DNA of 63,971 nucleotides, the filler included, from Olpidium bornovanus S191 (Eukaryota > Fungi > Olpidiomycota): the NCBI GenBank assembly GCA_017911155.1. It is 25 parts of 25 records of this genome, joined end to end, with 100 filler letters (N's around TTAATTAATTAA, not from the genome) between each part and the next. Parts side by side here need not be neighbours in the genome. Positions count along the whole stretch, not along the records: positions 50,538 to 58,258 come from JAEFCI010010629.1; positions 58,359 to 60,933 come from JAEFCI010009750.1; positions 61,034 to 62,856 come from JAEFCI010001564.1; positions 62,957 to 63,971 come from JAEFCI010012674.1; 21 more parts are not named here. One strand, written 5' to 3'. Position numbers and translations under genes: made by a program. This document shows positions 57,185-63,971 of this stretch, piece by piece (within the stretch, counting starts at the first letter, position 1; the number at the start of each line of letters is the position of its first letter). The notes below the pieces were generated by a model that was given only the letters and a program-made list of their open reading frames with translations, was not told where the DNA came from and did no database searches.

Positions 57185-57592
57185 AGAGGGAGGGAGCGAG
57201 AGAGACAGAGAGAGATAGAGAGAGAGAATGGGGAGAGTGGGCAAGGGCGGCCGGGGATGCGCGCGCGCTCCCCGCTTCTTCGCTCCCCCCCCCCGGCGGG
57301 CGGTAGGGGTTTGCGGCTGTCACGTGAATGGGCGAGCGGGAGAGAAAAAAGAGGGCGCCGTCCCTCCCTGTCACGTGACCGCCGGGCTGCCCGATTCTCC
57401 GGCCGTGCGTCCCCCCACGCGCGCGCGAGAGGAAGAGAGAGAGAGAGAGAGGAGAGAGAGAACGGCGGGCGAACTGCGCGAAGCGATTTGAGTCTCCGTG
57501 TGTCTCTCTCTCTCTCTCTCTGCCTCTGTTTCCGCGTCTCTCTCAGTCTCTCCGTCTCTCTCTCTCTCTCTGTTTCTCCGTCTCTCTCTCAG

Positions 57593-57629
<37 letters not shown>

Positions 57630-57665
57630 GCTTCCCGCTCGCTTTCTCTCTCTCTATCTCTCTCT
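57130..57665. repeat. (GA)n blocks (57130-57225, 57428-57460) and (CT)n block (57501-57665)
   Basis: Read directly. The GA and CT blocks are reverse complements of each other. Confidence 0.95.
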
Positions 57666-57715
57666 CCCCGGTTCGAAAATCATTTTGCCCGAGACGCGCC
57701 CCCGCCGCCTTAGCA

Positions 57716-58157
57716 ATGGAGTTCGTGCTGGACTACTACGACGTCGCGTTGCGGCGGAAAGACGTCGACACCCTGAAAGGTATTGTGCCGCCCGGCCGCG
57801 CCCCCGGGGCCGCTTCGCGCTGCGCCGCCGCCTTCCCCCGCGTCCGCCGAGTCAGAGGGCCGGGCGTGCCCGTTCCGGAGGAGAGGCCCGACCCGCAACC
57901 CGCCCCCAGACGCCCGCGCCGCGCAGAGCAGTCCGTCCCGGTCGGGGCCCCCACCCTCTTTCCCGGCAGAAGGGGTCCGCGGGCTTGAGCCGTCCTCGGT
58001 CTCCGGCGCGGAGCGGCGCCGGTCGGGCTCCCCTGCTCTTTGATCCCCCGCCCCCCGCCCCAGCGTCCTGCCGCGTTTTCTGACGCAAAGCCGCCGCGCG
58101 TCGGTTTGCCAAGAATCGTGTTGGCTGAACGACGCCGTCATCGAGTTCTACTACGAG
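57716..58157 (+). CDS. SENP8: NEDD8-specific protease (SENP8/NEDP1/Den1), first two exons
   Basis: MEFVLDYYDVALRRKDVDTLK / ESCWLNDAVIEFYYEY parallels the SENP8 N-terminus (VLSY.D..LR..DV..L...WLND..I.F..EY). Confidence 0.85.
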
Positions 58158-58896
58158 TATGTTTGCGCCGCCAGGCGCGCGGGGGATACTTTTTTGGGGA
58201 CCGGGCGGGCCGCTGGGGGGGGAGGGGGGCAGGGGGGGGGGGGGGGGGGGGGGGGGGGNNNNNNNNNNNNNNNNNNNNNNNNNNNNNNNNNNNNNNNNNN
58301 NNTTAATTAATTAANNNNNNNNNNNNNNNNNNNNNNNNNNNNNNNNNNNNNNNNNNNNCGTGCAAGAACTACCCGAGCGTTGACCAGGGGACTTTGCGAA
58401 GAAGGAAATGTCGTCCTTTTCACCCCCGCGCCACGTACGAACGTCGCCTTGCCTGTTGTCAGGATGATATTCTTCCATGCCGGCAAGTTGACTCCCACGT
58501 CCACACGATCGGCAAGCCAGCACTAGATGGCAATCCCGTTCACCAGAGCGCTGGCGAATTCAAAAATGCATTCTTTACAGTGCTTGAAATTATCGAATCC
58601 CATTGCCATCCCATTGCCATTGCCAAATACGCCTCGCCCCCTCCGGGGGCGTGTCGGTGCGGAGTTTCCGGTTTTCATCCCGGGAACCCGTCGGCAGGTT
58701 TGCGGTGACCGGGCGACGGCGGCGGGGAACCCCGGGGCTGGCGCCTGTTGTCACCACCCGGCAAACGCCGCGTGGGATTTGCCCCCGCCCGCGGCCAAGC
58801 GCGCGAGACCGCGCCCGGCATTCCGGGCCCCTTCAGGCGAGATGGAGGCGGAACAGCAAACCCACAACGCACTCCAGAAGCCGAGGGGCAAGCCTC

Positions 58897-60516
58897 ATGG
58901 AGAAGGTCAAGCCCAGAAAGAGGACCGCTGGCAGCACGGCGGCACCGAAATCGGCCGGCAAAGCCAGGCCCTCTCTGGCGGCGTCGTTGCCGGCCCTCTC
59001 GGCAAACGAGAAGACCTCGGCGGCGTCACGCCGCGGGACGGCGGACGCAGCCGGCGGAATTCAGCAGCCGCTGCCTCCGCGGAGGCTGAGCCGGATCCCG
59101 ACCAAAGACGAGTGGGTGCTGCTGAACGCCGCGGAAAAAGGGGACGTCGACACCGTCTACGCCCTGGTGTGGAAAGGCACGGACGTGATGTGCCGGAAGC
59201 CCGTTTTCGGCACGAACCCGATCGGCCTCGCGGCGCGCGCAGGGCACACGAAGATTGTCAGCATCCTCATGGAGGCGGGCGGGGTGATCTCTGATGCGGA
59301 CGACTATGGCGTTACGCCGCTGCATTGGTGAGCAAGCGCGTGGGCTGACGTTTTCCGAACGGACCCCGCCACCCACGCCCGCCCCCCACACACACACCCA
59401 CCCAGAGCCGCTTCTCCCCTTTTAACGCACGTCTGACCGAGCGCTCTCGTCGGTTAGGGCCGCAACCGGCGGGCATAGCGCTTTGATCGCCGCAATGCTC
59501 ACCCAGGCAAGCATGCCTGTTCTGGGAAAGCGGATAGCGACTGCACCAGATCCGTCCAACGGCAGTCAAGAGGATTCGACGGGAACAGCGCAACCGCACG
59601 CTCTACCTAGCTCCGGAGGAAACCGGCCGGCGTCCACGGGCGACCGCGAGCGCCCTGGCACCACCGGGTCTACGGCAAACGCCGATCGAACCGGGGTCAG
59701 CCTGCCTGACGTACTTACTGCGAAAGATCAGTACGGGAGTACAGCACTGCATTTCGCCGCGGCTCGGAACGACGACGCGACTGTGTACCAGCTTGTATGT
59801 TAAAAAAAATCGACAACCCGCCGGAGGAAGGACACAGTTAAACACACTTTTGACCGGTCAACACGAGGGTGGTTTTCACTCGGGATCGGCCAACATCGGG
59901 TTGGGACAGCGGTCCAGTTTGTTATGCGCTTTGCTTGCATTTTCTTATCGGCTCGTCTCCTTTGTAATCCGGATGATGCCCGAGCGCACAGGTGACAGCC
60001 GGGAGTGACGTCGCCCTTCGGAATAATGGCGGCCGGCGACCTCAAGACCTGACCACGAGCGAGACGCTGAAGGCTTTCCTCGAAGAAGAAGAGCTGAAGC
60101 TCCTGAAGTCGCAAACTTCGCGGCGGAGCGCGGCCTCCGCCGCCGAAAAGGAGAAGGCCGATAAGAAAGGGAAGCGGGCGAAAAAGAAAAGGCCCGCGTC
60201 GGTTTCGGTCGGCAGGACCGCGACGGGATCCGCTCCGCCCGCCGGCGGCGGCAAGTCCTCGGCCCGGCGGGCCGCGTCCGCGGCCGCGGACGAGGTTCCG
60301 AACGTCGTCCCGAAGGAGAAGTGGTCGGTGGCCATGTCCATGTCGACGCCTTCCGTTGCCGCCGCGGACGCCGCCCGCCCCACTTCAAAAGACGACACTG
60401 CCGCACCGTCGGCAACCAGACCCTCCGTTCAACCCCGAGTCAATGCAAAACACCACAGGCGGAAATCGCAGCCGACCCAACGGGCGGTCCCAAAGACGGC
60501 GGCTGAGGGAGGATGA
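58897..60516 (+). CDS. Ankyrin-repeat protein, multi-exon (upstream exons possible)
   Basis: LLNAAEKGDVDTVYALV, NPIGLAARAGHTKIVSILMEAGG..DDYGVTPLHW, KDQYGSTALHFAAARND, GSDVALRNNGGRRPQDL; K/A/S-rich tail. Confidence 0.9.
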
Positions 60517-60802
60517 GAACCCCGGCACTTGAAGCTGGTATCTGGCGCTCCCATCTTTTTACATACGGGCGAAATTCGATGGCCCTAGACGCCCTCATTT
60601 ACCCAACAACGAGCAGCCTTATCAGCGTTTACCCGCGCCCGTGTATTATCACGGTTTTGCGAGCACGCAGTGCCAAAGGGTCCGGAGGGTCCGGCGAAAG
60701 TCTCGTTTTGTCCTGATTTTATGTTTCGCTCGCGGCACGCGTACCCGGAAAAACGCGCGGGCACTGGGTCTCCTAGGGCGAACTTTGTCGCTTAGTAAGG
60801 GA

Positions 60803-60841
<39 letters not shown>

Positions 60842-60857
60842 GGGGGGGGGGGGAGGG

Positions 60858-60889
<32 letters not shown>

Positions 60890-61033
60890 GAAGGGAAAAA
60901 AATGCGCTGACGAAGAATCGCGCGCGAGAGAGANNNNNNNNNNNNNNNNNNNNNNNNNNNNNNNNNNNNNNNNNNNNTTAATTAATTAANNNNNNNNNNN
61001 NNNNNNNNNNNNNNNNNNNNNNNNNNNNNNNNN

Positions 61034-61257
61034 GAGTGTTTTTTAAAATTTGGTGATGACTTTGCCGTCTGGTCCGGCGAGTAGTATGTCGTCGGCATAG
61101 GCCGCACAATTAGTCCGTGCGCATAATAATTCTCCCCAACGGCATAAATGCATGGTTTGTTTGGGAGTTGCGTCAGGCCGAGCCGGAGTACCTCCGGCAA
61201 GGTGTTCGGCGCGTCAAGCTCTAATTTTTCCAGTGGATCCGCTTCATTGCTACGCAC
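61034..61257 (-). CDS. Hypothetical exon, weak resemblance to the fumarylacetoacetate-hydrolase IxxVGxNYxxH motif
   Basis: LPEVLRLGLTQLPNKPCIYAVGENYYAHG; the usual HxxE is absent, so the family call is weak. Confidence 0.3.
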
Positions 61258-61634
61258 AGCCTCTTAATATGTATGTGGTTCAAGATCATGATGAAAATTG
61301 ATTGCCGCGGTCATGGTGCGTTCGACGGCGAGCACGCGCAAAGGTTCTGCAATTTGCGGTGCGAGTTCAGTTTGGTGCAGCGGTCTGTGATGAGGCTCGG
61401 AGGATGGATGTCTTCGAGGTCTTCCCGACTTGACTTTTGGAAACCAGAAGGAAGACAGAAGCGCGGCGAGAAGAAGGACGAACGGGAAAAACTTTTGTGT
61501 TCGGCGCGTGACGTCGCCATCGGTTCCTTTGGTGGGGGACGACGGAACTGAGGATTCTCCGCAAGGGGGCAACCGCGGGGAGGGTGGGCCGGGCGGGGGG
61601 GTGCGCGCAGTGCGTCCGACGCTCCGCTTCCCCG

Positions 61635-61671
<37 letters not shown>

Positions 61672-62395
61672 CTTTTCCCCATCAGGCGCACCACCCACCC
61701 TCCTCTCAACACCGTCGCCAGCCATGTTGCTTTCGCGGTGCTCCGTCACTGACGACTGCTCGGCCGCGCTCTTCGACTCCGTGTCTTCGGGTATCTTCCG
61801 CAGTCCTCCGCGTGTTTCTCTTCCACCCCTGGACCTTCCCCCCTCCCCACCCCCAACGGCGGCGGCGCGGCGAGCGGGCCGGTAACGCGCCCTCCAGACA
61901 CGCCCAACTGAACCCCGCCCGGTTACTTACCGTCGCGACCGAAGTGCTGGCAGCCAGCGAGATCGCGTCGGACTGGAGCGTCTTCTCCGGCGCTTGGTTC
62001 GGCGAGCCAGACGACCTCGGTACGTCTGCACTTTCGCGCTGCGCGTCGTGCGCCGTCGTTTCACGAGCCGGAGGCAAAAACAAGGCGCCTCGCGTTCACT
62101 CGTCTTCCTCGGCACGCGGACGGGGACCAGGCGGCAGTGCTGTGTTCAAGCTTCCTTGCCTGGAAGACAACGATTCGGTTCGCAGGGGCGAACCTGCCAG
62201 AGACGGCGATGACGTGCGCTCAGATCGGTCAGGTGACATCGAGGCAGTTCCGGCAGAAGAAGACGGCGACATATGGAGGACAGCTTCGGAAAAATCCGAG
62301 AAGGTCTGTGCCGCTGGGGGTCAGCTCTTGGTTGCGACGGGATTGTACATGGTGTCAAACTCGAACCGAGCGCGCCACGTTCCGTTTAACAGGTT

Positions 62396-62856
62396 GTGCC
62401 GTGTTGGGAAGCCATCCCTTGCGACGACGTACACCTAGCTTCGCGAGCGCGGTTGCTCGGCGTCCAACCCGATATTTTGCGTCAACTCGTTGGCCTGGAA
62501 CCGCAGCTCGCCGGGAGTCAAGAGCTCATGTCGCCGTATCTTACTGAAGCGGGCCAGGCCGTCTACGACGCGGTGTATCGCCGGTTCTTCGGCCACCTCT
62601 TTTCAGGTCGCCAGTACGACTCGCCCGTCGAGTTAGACTTGATGATGAACGTAAGGATTTGTTTTCCAACGGCGCCGGGTCCAGGCACTCGGGATATCTT
62701 GCAGATTTTTGGGCATTTCCCGCAGGATGTCGTAAACATGCTTGTCGGTACCGTATCGGCGACGTTCGACTGCGACGTCTGCACCGGTATCTTTCGCGTC
62801 CGCGAAGGGCCTTCGGAGTACGCAAGAATTCTTGGAGTCGGATTTAAGAGTTTCCA
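62396..62856 (+). CDS. Hypothetical protein, 3' truncated
   Basis: Open ~150 codons of globular composition (AVYDAVYRRFFGHLFSG, ILQIFGHFPQDVVNMLVG); unrecognised. Confidence 0.45.
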
Positions 62857-63217
62857 NNNNNNNNNNNNNNNNNNNNNNNNNNNNNNNNNNNNNNNNNNNN
62901 TTAATTAATTAANNNNNNNNNNNNNNNNNNNNNNNNNNNNNNNNNNNNNNNNNNNNCATGCTGCCTGCACCTGCCGTCTTTCTGGGCGAACTTCCCCTCC
63001 AAGGTAAGACATCCAAAAGAGGCACGGAAATAGGTCGCGGAGGTGTGCCACCCAAGTTCTTCATCAAACCTGCTGAACAAGAGCAGGAGACGGGGGCAAT
63101 ATGAGACAGTGCACTTAAAATTAATTAATTTCCGCTCTCCCCTCCCCTGAACTCTCATACACAATAAAAGAAAAGAACGAGAACATCTTTTGACTGGTTA
63201 TGAGCCCAAGGACGTGA

Positions 63218-63495
63218 GAGGACTCACCGCCTCCGCCGCCGCCGCTGCGCGGGCTCACCGCCTCCGTGAGCTCAAAGAGGACTGACGCGTAACGCGTGAG
63301 GACTCACCGCCTCCCCCGTCTCCGCCGTCGACCGCGCCGTCCGCGACGCGTGAGGATTCACCGCCTCCCGCCATCATCTCGGAGGGCTCACAGCTTCTGC
63401 CGTCAGCCTCCCCCGTCATCCCGGAGAGGACTCACCGCCTCCCCCGTCATCCTGGAGAGGACTCACCGCGCTTCCGCCGTCGACCGCGCTCGCCG
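63218..63495. repeat. Complex minisatellite built on GAGGACTCACCGCCTCC
   Basis: Exact or near copies at 63218, 63251, 63298, 63352, 63382, 63426 and 63457; higher-order periods of 31 and 54 bp. Confidence 0.88.
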
Positions 63496-63971
63496 CCGAA
63501 CGATCCGCGCCGTCGCGGAATCAAAAAAATCAAACCTAAAAGCAAGACCCCTTTAGCCCCCGTCATCCTTTCAGAAGAACATGAGGCCACCGGCAAGTGT
63601 TGTCCCGTGCCAAAGAGTGAACACATGCTAAATACGAAGTTACGACGTTTGGTCATTCACTATATTCTCGTCCTTGCTCTTTCTCCACTGCCATGCCAGT
63701 CGGACGTTCGCCTCCTCCCCTCAGACGAGGAGAAACCGAAAACGAACACCTCCAGCACATTCAGGAGAAAGCACGTGCCCGCGGCACGTGCGGACTCATC
63801 ACCGACAATAACAATGACACAAGCGGCAGCAACGACCAAGATCAAGAATGTCCCAACGCTACGATCGACGCTGCCGCACTTCAACAAACTTCTTTTGACT
63901 AGTGCCGGTCACGTTGTAAACGCATGTATGAAAACCCATACTGTTTCCTGTCAAAGGCGGGGATGAACATG

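Noticed and set aside
61085-61150. GENYYAHGLIV as an intein/Hint C-terminal block
   Set aside because: Lacks the terminal His-Asn and nucleophile; no N-terminal Hint block seen.
63117-63132. Internal TTAATTAATT resembling the linker
   Set aside because: Incomplete, not flanked by N, within an AT-rich probable intron; chance match.

Overview
This is not one contiguous locus. It is 25 short contigs (about 1-8 kb) joined by 24 identical artificial 100-bp spacers (44 N + TTAATTAATTAA + 44 N), so neighbourhood across a spacer has no biological meaning. The DNA is GC-rich, has GT-AG introns, and is fungal. Recognisable, mostly partial genes: FAS beta chain, mitochondrial ABCB transporter, amino-acid transporter, nucleoside hydrolase, GH32 invertase, deoxyhypusine synthase, MDM12, StuA-type APSES factor, CRT10-like WD40 protein, DNA ligase I, MYSM1-like deubiquitinase, a JHY-like ciliary protein, AIM25 scramblase, SRPK kinase, SDH1, RTG2, a PPR protein, NEDD8 protease and an ankyrin protein. 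There are also three decayed Ty3/gypsy pol fragments and many small repeats. Fungal markers plus a motile-cilium gene and an invertase suggest an early-diverging, zoosporic, possibly plant-associated fungus (Olpidium-like); this is inference and not confirmed. No CRISPR, rRNA or tRNA was supportable, and no multi-gene novel system can be shown in such fragmented DNA. Best leads: (1) the JHY-like gene, which may share one CATG start palindrome with the divergent AIM25 gene; (2) an invertase with a GPI-like tail; (3) an 11-bp double-palindrome array between an orphan secreted-protein gene and the PPR gene; (4) strong enrichment of CATG at contig ends. All family assignments are by motif recognition from memory; no database search was run.
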